A stretch of DNA of 64,000 nucleotides from a virus: the IMG/VR virus record IMGVR_UViG_3300021961_000023, one strand, 5' to 3'. Both the position numbers and the translations under genes were made by a program. Positions within the stretch are counted from its first letter, which is position 1. Each line of letters opens with the position of its first letter. Of the stretch, positions 10,916-21,280 are shown piece after piece. The notes below the pieces were generated by a model, which was given only the letters and a program-made list of their open reading frames with translations, was not told where the DNA came from and searched no databases.

Positions 10916-10952
10916 TTCTGTCCACGCTAAATAACTAGAAAGATAAAAGAAA

Positions 10953-12335
10953 ATGCCTACCGAAGTTCAATTTAGAAGAGGCACTACAGCTCAAAACAAC
11001 GCCTTCACTGGTGCTGCTGGTGAACTCTCAGTAAATATTACAAATAAATCGTTGAGAGTCCACGACGGATCTACCGCTGGTGGTTTTGAGTTAGCAAAAG
11101 CAGACCTCTCTAATACGACTGGTCTTGGCACAGTTTCAGCAGCTAATGTTGCTATTGGATCCACGATTGTTATTTCTGCTGGATTCCAACTTCAAAACAT
11201 TCAATCTCTTGACGCAACAACAACGGCAACGATTGAGAGTGCGGTTGCTGCTGCACCAAATAATTTTACGAGTCTCAATATTAGTGGAATCGGAACTATA
11301 GTTGAAAACTTCAATGTTGGAACTGGAGGAACAGTTCTTACAGCACTTTCTGGATCAGGTGTTGTAGGTGTCAATAGCACTGCTCCAACTGCTACTCTAG
11401 ATGTTGTAGGAACATCAAAGATTTCTGATACGATTACTATTGGATCAGCAACTACGATTGCAGCAAATAATCTTAAGGTAGGTCAAACTGTAGAAGTTAC
11501 TAGTAGTGCTCTTAAGTTTGCTGGTGTAGAAGTATTAAACACAACTGGTGTTTTCTTCCCAACTGGAATCATCACAGCACAAACATTTGTTGGTAATCTC
11601 ACTGGAGTTGCGTCTTCAGCAACCACATTACAAGCAACTTCTTCAGTTAATACAACTGGAATCATCACAGCATCACGATTCAGTGGAGAACTTGTAGGTG
11701 CAGCAGTCACTACAGTGGGTGGTTTGCACCAAAATACTGGCATTGCAACGATTGCTCAAGTTGTTGGCAATCTAACAGGATCTGTGAACTCTGGTCTTGC
11801 AACTGTTACTACTGTTCTTGGTGTAACTGGTATTACTACTTTAAGTGGTCCAGTTGCGATTGCAGGAGTTTCTACATTCTTCTCTAATGCAAGATTTGAA
11901 GACAATGTAAAAACAGTCTTTGGAAGTGGTGGTGACTTAGAAATCTATCATGATGGTAGCAACAGTTTTATTGCTGATGTTGGTGGCGGAAGTCTTCAAC
12001 TTAATGCAACACCAGATATTAGATTCTTAAACAACTCCACTGGCATTTCTACAGTTGGTGCTGGCGGTTTTGATATCGCTGGTGGTATTGCTCTTGGAGT
12101 TTCTGGTATTGCAACGATTCCTCAACTCAGAGTTGGCACTGCACTAACTGCAAATGCTTCTGGTATTCAGATTGCTGGAGGAACTAATATCGGATCTGCA
12201 TCTGGTATCATTACAGCACCTGGAGGATTTATCAGTGGTGTTGGTCAAACTTCGGCGGTTATGATTACTTTCTCAGGTAATCAGTTGACCTTTACTGTTG
12301 CTGGAGTTGGTTCAACAACTCTTGCTCTTGCCTGA
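10953..12335 (+). CDS. Tail fibre with an Mtd_N/hyaluronidase-type N-terminal anchor
   Basis: N-terminus QFRRGTTAQNNAFTGAAGEL...LRVHDGSTAGG; FG.GGDLEIYHDGSNSFI repeat. Confidence 0.8.
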   Translation: MPTEVQFRRGTTAQNNAFTGAAGELSVNITNKSLRVHDGSTAGGFELAKADLSNTTGLGTVSAANVAIGSTIVISAGFQLQNIQSLDATTTATIESAVAAAPNNFTSLNISGIGTIVENFNVGTGGTVLTALSGSGVVGVNSTAPTATLDVVGTSKISDTITIGSATTIAANNLKVGQTVEVTSSALKFAGVEVLNTTGVFFPTGIITAQTFVGNLTGVASSATTLQATSSVNTTGIITASRFSGELVGAAVTTVGGLHQNTGIATIAQVVGNLTGSVNSGLATVTTVLGVTGITTLSGPVAIAGVSTFFSNARFEDNVKTVFGSGGDLEIYHDGSNSFIADVGGGSLQLNATPDIRFLNNSTGISTVGAGGFDIAGGIALGVSGIATIPQLRVGTALTANASGIQIAGGTNIGSASGIITAPGGFISGVGQTSAVMITFSGNQLTFTVAGVGSTTLALA

Positions 12336-12361
12336 TAAGTAGTATCAAAGGTTCATAAGAA

Positions 12362-13156
12362 ATGCCAAATCCCAGAGAACTATCACAGTTTGGTTCGTTT
12401 TTAGAGATTGATGATACCACAAAAAACATTGGTATCGCAACATCTGGGACTCCATTTGTTGGTATAGGAACACTAATCCCTCAGGAAAAACTACACGTAG
12501 TTGGAAACCTGAGGGTTGACGGTATCGCAGATTTTGATAACTTAACGGTTGGAGTTGCAACTTTTGCAACTATCAACAATCCTAACTTAACGGTACAAAA
12601 TCTCACTGTAGGCACTGCAGCAACGTTTGCAAAGTTAAGAACTACAGATATAAACGCAACAGGTATTGTAACAGCTGGTATAGTTACTGGTGCAACATAT
12701 TATGGTGATGGACAATATCTTCAAAATGTAGGTCTTGCAGTTACTTATATTGATAATAACGTAACGATTGCAGGAACTATTACTGTTAATGAGTTAGTAT
12801 TAACAGGTGGAGGAGGAGTTGGTGGTGGTGCTGGTATTGCTGCATCTACTCTAAACATCAGTGGTATTTCTAGTATTGGAGGAGTTAAAATCTCTTCTGG
12901 TATCATTACAGCAGGAGCAGGAACTACTACAGTAGTTTACTATGGTGATGGATATAATCTTTCAAACATTCAATGTTCTGCACTTACAGGATTTCAAGTT
13001 GCGATTCATAGAAGACCTGCAACAGGAAGATGGTCATTTGGACAGAACATTACTAAGATAACTGTTGCTGCAAATGATACATTCCAAGTTACAACACGTA
13101 CTGGAATCGTAACAGTATCTATTGGAAATGCTGCTGTACCACCTCTGACTGTCTAG
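12362..13156 (+). CDS. Tail fibre-associated structural protein; paralogue of 3743..4375
   Basis: Shares its C-terminal ~150 aa with 3743..4375; VGIGT..P..KLHVVGN motif. Confidence 0.7.
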   Translation: MPNPRELSQFGSFLEIDDTTKNIGIATSGTPFVGIGTLIPQEKLHVVGNLRVDGIADFDNLTVGVATFATINNPNLTVQNLTVGTAATFAKLRTTDINATGIVTAGIVTGATYYGDGQYLQNVGLAVTYIDNNVTIAGTITVNELVLTGGGGVGGGAGIAASTLNISGISSIGGVKISSGIITAGAGTTTVVYYGDGYNLSNIQCSALTGFQVAIHRRPATGRWSFGQNITKITVAANDTFQVTTRTGIVTVSIGNAAVPPLTV

Positions 13157-13231
13157 TAAGATAAATACCTTCATAACACAGAGGGATATATATTCCTCTT
13201 ATTGATGGTATATACCAGGGGTTCGTAGTAA

Positions 13232-16200
13232 GTGGCAGATCCAAAAATTCGTATTAAAAGATCAGCAGTAGCTGGTCGTATTCCCAGTGTAGATCAGGTT
13301 CCTTTAGGTGAACTCGCACTTAACACATGGGATGGTCATCTGTATGCTTCCAAAAATGTAGGATTAGGAACAACAGTTGTTGCAATCAACCCCTGGTTAG
13401 TAGGAACGGGAACAAATACATATAACTCATATTTTACTGCTGGAAATATTGGTATTGGGTCAACAACCCCAACTTCAAAACTACACGTTGTAGGTGACAC
13501 ATACGTTTCTGGTGTTGTTACCGCCAACGCTGGTTTTAATCTTGGTATATCATCTGGTGGATCAGTTATCACCTCTGGTCCGATTAAGACTTTAAACTTT
13601 ATTGGTCTAGGAAATACTTTCTTAATCAATGGAACCACAGTAGATATTAGTATTCAAGGTGGTAGTGGTGGAGAGATTGGTGTTCAAGCAAATGGTTCTG
13701 TCGTTGGTTATGCACAAACAACACTAAACTTTGTTGGATCTGGTGTTACTGGCGTTTCTATTGGTACTACAACAACGATTACCATTGAACCTGGTCTTGT
13801 AGGTGCCGCAAAGTCTGTTACATCATTTACTGCAACTGCTGGACAGACAACTTTTAATGTTAACTACAGTCAAGGACAGGAAAACGTATTCCTAAACGGT
13901 GTTAGACTCTCTGAGTCACAATATACTGCTACTAGTGGTTCATCAATTATTTTAAATGACCCTGTTGGTGATGGAGATTCTATTGATATTGTTGTATATT
14001 TAAGAGGTTCAGACCCTAATAGAAACGTAGAGGTCACACTTCTTCCACCTTTCAACGGAATCACAACTGCCTTTACAATGTATAAAGGTACAACAAGTTA
14101 TTTGTTTGATCCGATTGATGAAAGACAAATCGTTGTATCCCTTGGTGGTGTTGTTCAGCAACCTGGAGTTGCTTATACTGTAGGCACAGGTTCTTCTATT
14201 TTCTTTTCATCTGCACCTGGTGCTGGTGTAAGCTGCTTTATCACTGCATTATATTCTAATACTGTTGGTGTTCCCACTGATGCAGTTAAACTTAATAAAC
14301 AAACATACACCCCAACAGGAATCCAAACAACATTCACAGTTACTGAAGGATATCGTTCTGGTTATCTTGATGTATATCGAAATGGTATTCGTCTTGTAGA
14401 TGGATCAGACTTCACTGCATCAAATGGATCTACTTTTGATCTAGTCACTCCTGCAACTGGTGGAGATGTCGTTGACATTATTGCGTATCAAACACTCAAC
14501 ATCCAATATTCAGAGTTTGCTGGTCTTTCTACAAATGTGGATGGTGGATATGGAAGTTTAACTAATCTTCAGGTATCTGGTATATCAACTCTTGGAAATG
14601 TTTTAATCGGAGTTGGTGGCACAGATCTTCTTGTAAAGGGCAATGCAAGAGTTACTGGTATTCTTACTGTTGGACCTGGAAGTATTACTTTTGATGGTAT
14701 TAATAATAAAATCACTGGTATCACAGAAACTCAGACAACAAATACATTAGTCACTGGAATCGCAACTTTTTCAAATGGTCCAGTTGTGATTGGACAAGGA
14801 TCAACTGACACAAGTAATGCACTTCAAATCATTAAAACTCTTGGAGGAGCAATACAAGTTAGGGGAGAAGTAAACTCTATTGGATCTACAAGTTTAATGT
14901 TTGATTGTCCAAGAGGTCAAGCAAGAGTGATGGCAACAGGACCTGATGCATCAACAAAAGGAACTCTGACATTCATTACAATGTCATCAAATGCTACACA
15001 GTATGTTGAAGCAATGAGAATCACAAAAGATGCTCGTATTGGTATTGGTAATACAGATCCAGATAAACCATTGGTTATTAAAGCACCAAATCCTGGGAAC
15101 TACATTACAGAAATAAGTAACACACAAAACTCAATCAATGCAAATGGTCTTTATGTAAATACAGTTAACACAGCTGCAACAACTCAACCATTGAATGTTC
15201 AAGGATCTTTGATTGTAGATGGTGCTGGTAATGTTGGAGTTGGTTCAGATAGACCTACCTTAAGATTAGACACTCTCATTACTACTGCAAATCTTTCATC
15301 TGGAACTGTACTGACTTCTCATCCTATAGCACAATTTATTAACTCTGCAGCAGGGCAAAGAGGTTTAGAAATTGGATCACCTTCTGGTGGTATGGGAGGC
15401 CCAGTATACTTAAAAGTTTCTGGTACTGCAAATCGATTTGCAGTTTTAAATCAAAATAATAATGAAAATTTAACGATTTTAGATACAGGCACTGTTGGTA
15501 TAGGAACAAGTAATCCAGGAGTTGCCTTTGCAGGACAAGGAACAGAAAAACTTCAAATTACTGGTGGAAATCTTAGATTAAGTTCTGGACGAAAAGTAAA
15601 TAGAAGTTATCCATTGATTTTATCTACAATGGAAAGTTCCAATAATATGGAACTAATATTTCAGCAAGAAGGATCCTCTTATTATTCAATACAATCAGTC
15701 AATCAATCTGTTGAGTATACTCCATTATCACTTCAACCAGCAGGTGGTAGTATTGGCATAGGAACAACAAATCCAAGAGCAAGTTTTCAAGTTTCTTCAG
15801 CACCGACTCCCAATGGTCAGATCTTTGCAATGTTTGGTAATCAAAATGATAGAAAACAATCAGATTATCAAAGGGCTTATGGAACCAATCGTCCTGTTAT
15901 TATTATTGGTAATAATAATAGAGCAACTGATGGTGCTTATGGATTATTAGGGTTATATAGTGGAGATACTACCCCTTCAACTAGTACATATTTGGGAATA
16001 GTTGAGTTTGCTATGCCTGAAAGCGGGAAAACAAACCCAAACGCATCCTTAAAAGCATTTATCGGTGGACAATCAATAGGAAGTGGGGGAGCTACGGGAG
16101 GATTTGGTGGTGCAATTGTTTTCAGTTGCCTTTCCGATAATGGTGGAGGAGTTCCTACAGAAAGATTTAGAGTTAGTCCAGATGGAGTTACTTTCAATGG

Positions 16201-16609
16201 AGATACTGCAGCAGCAAATGCACTAGATGATTATGAAGAAGGTACATGGACACCAACTTTAATAAATGGTGGTACTATGGGAATCGGTGCTGCGACATAT
16301 ACAAAAATAGGTAGGTTAGTTACAGTTTATACATATCTCACAAATGTTCAACCAACTAATAATGGAGGTACGTTTGCTATCGGCAATCTTCCATTTGCAC
16401 AAATGGGTGGAAATAGTTTTAATGGAGGTTCTATTCTTTATACTGACACTGGAGTTTTAACTGGTTGGAGACCATTAGTATGGACAGGTGATAGTTTTGT
16501 ATATTTTCATGTAGTTACTGGAAGCGGTGTAATTCGTACAAATGCTAACTGGGTTACTGTAAACAATAATGGACCATTGATATTTACAGTAAGATATTAC
16601 GCAGCATAA
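13232..16609 (+). CDS. Long tail fibre / receptor-binding protein
   Basis: IRIKRSAVAGRIP....LGELALNT.DG anchor, VFLNGVRL modules, and a C-terminal ALDDYEEGTWTPTL...YTKIGRLVTV fibre-tip domain. Confidence 0.8.
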   Translation: MADPKIRIKRSAVAGRIPSVDQVPLGELALNTWDGHLYASKNVGLGTTVVAINPWLVGTGTNTYNSYFTAGNIGIGSTTPTSKLHVVGDTYVSGVVTANAGFNLGISSGGSVITSGPIKTLNFIGLGNTFLINGTTVDISIQGGSGGEIGVQANGSVVGYAQTTLNFVGSGVTGVSIGTTTTITIEPGLVGAAKSVTSFTATAGQTTFNVNYSQGQENVFLNGVRLSESQYTATSGSSIILNDPVGDGDSIDIVVYLRGSDPNRNVEVTLLPPFNGITTAFTMYKGTTSYLFDPIDERQIVVSLGGVVQQPGVAYTVGTGSSIFFSSAPGAGVSCFITALYSNTVGVPTDAVKLNKQTYTPTGIQTTFTVTEGYRSGYLDVYRNGIRLVDGSDFTASNGSTFDLVTPATGGDVVDIIAYQTLNIQYSEFAGLSTNVDGGYGSLTNLQVSGISTLGNVLIGVGGTDLLVKGNARVTGILTVGPGSITFDGINNKITGITETQTTNTLVTGIATFSNGPVVIGQGSTDTSNALQIIKTLGGAIQVRGEVNSIGSTSLMFDCPRGQARVMATGPDASTKGTLTFITMSSNATQYVEAMRITKDARIGIGNTDPDKPLVIKAPNPGNYITEISNTQNSINANGLYVNTVNTAATTQPLNVQGSLIVDGAGNVGVGSDRPTLRLDTLITTANLSSGTVLTSHPIAQFINSAAGQRGLEIGSPSGGMGGPVYLKVSGTANRFAVLNQNNNENLTILDTGTVGIGTSNPGVAFAGQGTEKLQITGGNLRLSSGRKVNRSYPLILSTMESSNNMELIFQQEGSSYYSIQSVNQSVEYTPLSLQPAGGSIGIGTTNPRASFQVSSAPTPNGQIFAMFGNQNDRKQSDYQRAYGTNRPVIIIGNNNRATDGAYGLLGLYSGDTTPSTSTYLGIVEFAMPESGKTNPNASLKAFIGGQSIGSGGATGGFGGAIVFSCLSDNGGGVPTERFRVSPDGVTFNGDTAAANALDDYEEGTWTPTLINGGTMGIGAATYTKIGRLVTVYTYLTNVQPTNNGGTFAIGNLPFAQMGGNSFNGGSILYTDTGVLTGWRPLVWTGDSFVYFHVVTGSGVIRTNANWVTVNNNGPLIFTVRYYAA

Positions 16610-16652
16610 ATAATCTCACCATAAATCTGTTTCAACTGGAGGTTGATCCTAA

Positions 16653-16916
16653 ATGGCATTTACAGAAAGACACGAACATAAACTGGAAATCATTCCACCA
16701 TATAATATTATTCAATGTCGTAGGGCAGATATTATTGAGAAAGATGGTAAGGAAGTTGGTAGATCTTATCATCGACATGTAAGACATCCTGGTGATGATG
16801 TGTCAGAAGATTGTGCAGAACTTCAAGCAGTTGCTGCGGCACTCTGGAATGATGAAGTTATCGCTGCTTATCAAGCATCAAAACAAATCACATATACAGA
16901 CATCACCTCAACCTGA
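16653..16916 (+). CDS. Probable tail fibre assembly/partner protein
   Basis: GGAGG SD; follows a DDYEEGTWTP-type fibre; IIEKDGKEVGRSYHRHV..PGDD motif. Confidence 0.6.
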   Translation: MAFTERHEHKLEIIPPYNIIQCRRADIIEKDGKEVGRSYHRHVRHPGDDVSEDCAELQAVAAALWNDEVIAAYQASKQITYTDITST

Positions 16917-16951
16917 GAAATAATATTTACTGGATAAATACTTATAAAATT

Positions 16952-17008
16952 GGAAAATGGGTCTCAATGATCGATGGTATAAAAAATAAGTATCCAAAAC
17001 CTGATTGA
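16952..17008 (+). pseudogene. Relic 3' end of a fibre-partner gene (GKWVSMIDGIKNKYPKPD*)
   Basis: Resembles the C-terminus of 25842..26183 (GSWYVGITSVKSQYPKT*) and occupies the same position just before a MADRYPLVV cassette, with no room upstream for the rest of the gene. Confidence 0.55.
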
Positions 17009-17015
17009 AAAAAGT

Positions 17016-17076
17016 TATAAATAACTAAAAATAAAGACACAGGAAAAATGGCGGATCGTTACCCATTAGTTGTTGA
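17016..17076 (+). repeat. Fibre-cassette leader copy 1 (late promoter + RBS + MADRYPLVV)
   Basis: TATAAATAACTAAAAATAAAGACACAGGAAAAATGGCGGATCGTTACCCATTAGTTGT; near-identical copies at 26190 and 29871. Confidence 0.9.
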
Positions 17077-19066
17077 CAGTTCAACTGGAACAGTAAAAGA
17101 GTTGCCTACTGGCGACAACTTAAATTTGAATGGAAGTGCTGTTGTAAATGCCACAGTATCTGGAGAAATAACTCTTACTCCAACAAGTGGCACTACGAAT
17201 GCAGTAACTGTCAATGGAACTTCCCCCTATGACACGGTAATCACTGGTGTTGGATCAGTTGGTATCAATACTTCTCTTCCAAATGCACCTCTTCAAATCA
17301 ATCTTCCATTTCAACCAAATGGTTCAGTTCTTGGACCATCTACAGTTGGATTCCCAACTGTTCCAACGGTAGTTGGACATCATGGTGGACTCGCCATTGG
17401 TTCAACTATAGGACCACAGATTTGGGGTGCGTCTATTACAGGTATTATTGGTGGTGGTAGTGATGGTGCTCGTGATGGAGGTGGTATAGAAATTGGTGGT
17501 GGACCATCAGTAAATAAGGGTACTTGGATCAGTCTAGCTGGTGCTAATAGAGGTGATGGATGGGCAAACTTCTTACAAGTCGCTAACGGTCCTCAAGGCA
17601 ACTTCTATAATCGTCTTAGAATTAATCCAAATGGAAATATTTCATTGGGATCTTCTCTTGGAATTGCAACTGATGTAGGAACTCGTGTTGCTGCTGGTTA
17701 TGGTACAACTGCATTTTCTATTGATGCAGGTGTCCTTCAAGTTTATACTAAACCAGCAATCGGTGATACTTGGGGATTTATTAGACCACCAGCAGTAGAC
17801 CTTGGATTTACTGGATTTGCTACAGTTCCAGTTTCACAACAACAAATTTATTCTTGGACATTTGGTGATGGATATACTGGTCCAAATGCTTGGGGTAAAC
17901 CACTCACCGCATATCTACATCACGTTAACTATGTTGATTCATCTCTCAACGGTTCTGGTTTAGAAATCGGTGCAGGACCTGCTAATGACCGTGGTGTATG
18001 GTTAGGTCTTGGTGGTGCTGCTAGAGGTGATGGTAAGGCAAACTGGTTCACTCTTGCTTCAGGTGCTTCAGGAAACTTCAAGCAAAGAATGGCAATCAAT
18101 GGAAGTGGCGACACTTACATTGGACCTGGCGGTATTGGAGCAACTTCAATTCTCATTGATAATGCTACAGGATCAGTAACTATTGGTAGTAGCTCCGTTG
18201 TAAGTTATCTGACTCCATCTGGTGGTGAACATAAGTTAAAAGTTGTTGGATTTTCAACATTTACTGATAACGTGCATTTTGGTAATGATTGGGTTGTTTC
18301 TGGAGGGGGTGACGGTATTTTTGGTCTTTATTACAGATCTCATCTAGATCCCGTATTTGGTCCAAGTGGACAAAGTTCTCAATGGGGATTTGTTAGAGCA
18401 ACTGGTGCAGGAACAACTGCAGTAAGACTCTCAGCTCCTGGTTATCTAAGCAGTGGTCCATACATTACACTCGGAACAAGTAATGTCGAAGTTACTGGTG
18501 CTCTAAATGTCACTGGTGCTCTTTCTAAAGGTTCTGGATCGTTCCGTATTGCTCACCCACTTTTACCTGGTAAAGATCTTGTTCACTCCTTCGTTGAAGG
18601 TCCTAAGTGTGATCTGATTTATAGAGGTAAGTCTACTTTAGTTGCTGGTAGTGCAACTGTTGAAATGGACTCTGAAGTTGGGTTAACTGCTGGTACTTGG
18701 GATGCTCTTACAAGAGATCCCCAGGTATTCGTAGTAAACAACTCTGGATGGACTGCTGTTAAAGGATCTGTTTCTGGTTCGACTTTGACAATCACCGCAC
18801 AAGATCCTACATGCACTGATGAAATAGATTGGATGATTGTTGCAGAACGTCAAGACGATAATATTAAGAATGCTGATTGGACTGATTCAGAAGGTCGCCC
18901 AATCCTTGAACCAGATTCTTTACCTCAAGTAGAAAATGGTATAGTTGAGATTGAAACAAGTTCTAACTTAGAAGCTGAAGTAAGTGGATATTGTGATACA
19001 AAACATGATTGTACACCAGAATGCTACTATGATCCTTTAACTGATTCAGTAGTTCATAACGAATGA
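17048..19066 (+). CDS. Tail fibre/receptor-binding protein (MADRYPLVV type 1)
   Basis: Fibre repeats, an internal duplication of about 58 aa (IEIG.GP...G.W..L.GA.RGDG.AN), and a C-terminal KGSGSFRIAHPL...LVHSFVEGP domain. Confidence 0.75.
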   Translation: MADRYPLVVDSSTGTVKELPTGDNLNLNGSAVVNATVSGEITLTPTSGTTNAVTVNGTSPYDTVITGVGSVGINTSLPNAPLQINLPFQPNGSVLGPSTVGFPTVPTVVGHHGGLAIGSTIGPQIWGASITGIIGGGSDGARDGGGIEIGGGPSVNKGTWISLAGANRGDGWANFLQVANGPQGNFYNRLRINPNGNISLGSSLGIATDVGTRVAAGYGTTAFSIDAGVLQVYTKPAIGDTWGFIRPPAVDLGFTGFATVPVSQQQIYSWTFGDGYTGPNAWGKPLTAYLHHVNYVDSSLNGSGLEIGAGPANDRGVWLGLGGAARGDGKANWFTLASGASGNFKQRMAINGSGDTYIGPGGIGATSILIDNATGSVTIGSSSVVSYLTPSGGEHKLKVVGFSTFTDNVHFGNDWVVSGGGDGIFGLYYRSHLDPVFGPSGQSSQWGFVRATGAGTTAVRLSAPGYLSSGPYITLGTSNVEVTGALNVTGALSKGSGSFRIAHPLLPGKDLVHSFVEGPKCDLIYRGKSTLVAGSATVEMDSEVGLTAGTWDALTRDPQVFVVNNSGWTAVKGSVSGSTLTITAQDPTCTDEIDWMIVAERQDDNIKNADWTDSEGRPILEPDSLPQVENGIVEIETSSNLEAEVSGYCDTKHDCTPECYYDPLTDSVVHNE

Positions 19067-19090
19067 TTGATTAAAATATAATCCACCAAT

Positions 19091-19118
19091 ACCCTTCAGG
19101 AAACTGAAGGGTCTTTTA
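19091..19118 (+). terminator. Rho-independent terminator
   Basis: ACCCTTCAG-GAAA-CTGAAGGGT followed by CTTTTA. Confidence 0.85.
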
Positions 19119-19139
19119 TTATATCTCCATAATACCCTC

Positions 19140-19169
19140 TTGACAATACCCCTTAGATCTCTCTATAAT
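19140..19169 (+). promoter_or_regulatory. Consensus sigma70 promoter
   Basis: TTGACA-N18-TATAAT. Confidence 0.75.
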
Positions 19170-19210
19170 ACCTTTGTTAGGGTTGATAAGAAAGCTTTAA
19201 GACTCTAAGA

Positions 19211-19267
19211 GGACAATCTAGAAACTGGCACACGGGGCCCCACAAGACCCTGTTTTTTTGGTATATT
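19211..19267 (+). promoter_or_regulatory. Early palindrome/-10 element, copy 1 of 17
   Basis: GGACAATCTAGAAACTGGCACA, then 29 nt, then TATATT. Confidence 0.7.
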
Positions 19268-19289
19268 ACATAAGAACTGAGAGAGATCT

Positions 19290-20516
19290 GTGATTCAACT
19301 CCGCCCCCACCAAGAACGTGCTGTTGCTGCAATGCAGAAATACAGCAAGGGTCAGATTATTGTACCTACTGGTGGTGGTAAGACTCTGAAGATGATCTTT
19401 GATTCGATTCGTAACTTTCAATCTGAGATCGATCAGACTGTGGTTGTAGTTGCTCCTCGCATTCTGCTTGCAGAGCAACTGTCTTCTGAGTTTCTTGAGT
19501 TTATCACAAACGCTAAGGTTTTCCACGTTCACAGTGGCGAAACTCATCACGAATCTTCTACCAAACCTGGTGAGATTCATGCTTGGGTCAAGAACACTGC
19601 TGGTCACAAACTGATCTTCACCACTTATCACTCTCTGCAGCGTCTGCAACAGGCAGAAGTTGATGTAGACACGATCTACTTCGATGAAGCACATAACAGT
19701 GTTCAGCGTCATTTCTTCCCTGCTACTGAGCACTTCTCTGCGACTGCTAAGCGTTGCTATTTCTTTACTGCAACTCCTAAGCATTCTGTCGCTATCTCCA
19801 AACCTGGCATGAATGATTCTGCAGTCTATGGTCAAGTGATCTGCAAAGTTCCTGCTCCTGAACTGGTTAAGGGTGGTTTTATTGTTCCCCCTAAGGTTGC
19901 CGTGAAGCAGCTGCCTATGGTTCCTAAGGGTATGCAAGTTGCTGAGGTTGATGCTGAGAATCTGATCGAAACCATTGATGAGCATGGTGTTGGTAAGATT
20001 CTGATCTGTGCCAAGGCAGTCAAGCAGATCATCAATCTGGTATCTGAGTCTGACTTTTGTGCTCAACTGACTGAGCGTGGTTACTCTTACATGTACATCA
20101 GTGCTAAGACTGGTGGTGTGATTGATGGTCGCAAGGTCAATCGTGAGGTGTTCTTTGACACTCTGAGTGCATGGGGCAAGGACAATGACAAGAAGTTTGT
20201 TGTTCTGCACCACAGTATTCTGAGCGAAGGCATCAACGTGTCTGGTCTTGAAGCAGTGATCTTTATGCGTTCGATGGACTACATTGGTATTTCTCAAACC
20301 ATCGGTCGTGTGATCAGGTTGCATCATGACGACGCAAAAGGTCTTCGTGATGGTTCAATCCAACCTGGCAATCTGAATCAGTACAGCAAGTCTTTCGGTC
20401 TTGTTTGCATTCCTGTGTTCAGCAATGTTGGTATCACCACTGCTAAGCGTGTTCAGGCAGTTGTTGACACTATCTTTGAGCAGGGCGAACCTGCCATCAG
20501 CGTGGTCAAGCGTTGA
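19290..20516 (+). CDS. Superfamily 2 DEAH-box helicase (ResIII-like)
   Basis: LRPHQ Q-motif, Walker A PTGGGKT, FDEAH, FTATP, LSEGINV, QTIGRVIR. Confidence 0.9.
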   Translation: MIQLRPHQERAVAAMQKYSKGQIIVPTGGGKTLKMIFDSIRNFQSEIDQTVVVVAPRILLAEQLSSEFLEFITNAKVFHVHSGETHHESSTKPGEIHAWVKNTAGHKLIFTTYHSLQRLQQAEVDVDTIYFDEAHNSVQRHFFPATEHFSATAKRCYFFTATPKHSVAISKPGMNDSAVYGQVICKVPAPELVKGGFIVPPKVAVKQLPMVPKGMQVAEVDAENLIETIDEHGVGKILICAKAVKQIINLVSESDFCAQLTERGYSYMYISAKTGGVIDGRKVNREVFFDTLSAWGKDNDKKFVVLHHSILSEGINVSGLEAVIFMRSMDYIGISQTIGRVIRLHHDDAKGLRDGSIQPGNLNQYSKSFGLVCIPVFSNVGITTAKRVQAVVDTIFEQGEPAISVVKR

Positions 20517-20622
20517 GTCTCACTGAGATCCCAGTCCAGCACTGGGGTCAAAACCCTTTTTTTCTGCATTTTCCTCTGATGTGCCCTCTACTACCTATCC
20601 AGCAGTCCCGATCACGATTTTT
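20511..20622 (+). repeat. 112-nt element A; inverted counterpart at 36181..36292
   Basis: CGTTGAGTCTCACTGAGATCCCAGTCCAGCACTGG...; 52 of the first 62 nt match the reverse complement of 36231..36292 without gaps. Confidence 0.85.
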
Positions 20623-21280
20623 ATGAAAGAAGGCTTTATTACGAAAGATGGGTACGCTGCAGTACCTTTTGGCAATCAACTCATGATTATTTTTAACGGA
20701 CAGCAGATTAAAGTTTGTCGCACCGTAGATTCAGCACACAAGTTTATCAAAGCACATCGTGCCAGCCCAGAAACTGGCACAGTGTTTGTCTGATCGATTC
20801 CTTTTACCTCTATAGTATTCATGAAAACTTCAACTGCCATGTGCGTCAAGAAAAAGTTTGTCTCTGTCACTCCATTGTCAAGTAAAGCAAAGAATCGATT
20901 CATCAACATTATGAACTCGTTTCACTCTTGTGAAGTGGAACAGGAAACTGCTGATAAGTTCTTTCTTGTTTCTTTGAATCGTCAATACTGCTTCTGGATT
21001 CAAAAGCAAGGAAATGAGCACTGGAAGATTGAAAGGTAAATAGAACTGTGCTATAATCCTACAACCTGGAGGAATTCCTTTGGAAGATCTCACTCAACAA
21101 AAACGCAAAGATGCATGGGGTCTCTTCTATGAGAGCGTTTTAAAACCAGATCATGATCTTCGTCAAGATTCTCATGATCAGAAGTGTTTTAATGAACTGA
21201 TGGGATGGAGAGACGAAATACTTCTATATCTTAAAACAAGATACCACCAAGAGTTCGGACTACAAAGCGGAGATGAATGA
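20623..21280 (+). CDS. Three small hypothetical proteins (20623..20793, 20821..21039, 21080..21280)
   Basis: Tandem + strand ORFs; early element copy 2 at 20759..20816 and a TGCTATAAT -10 near 21049. Confidence 0.6.

Noticed and set aside
19266-20327. 353-aa minus-strand ORF
   Set aside because: It is the antisense shadow of the helicase, which has all SF2 motifs, and it shows no motifs or expression signals of its own.
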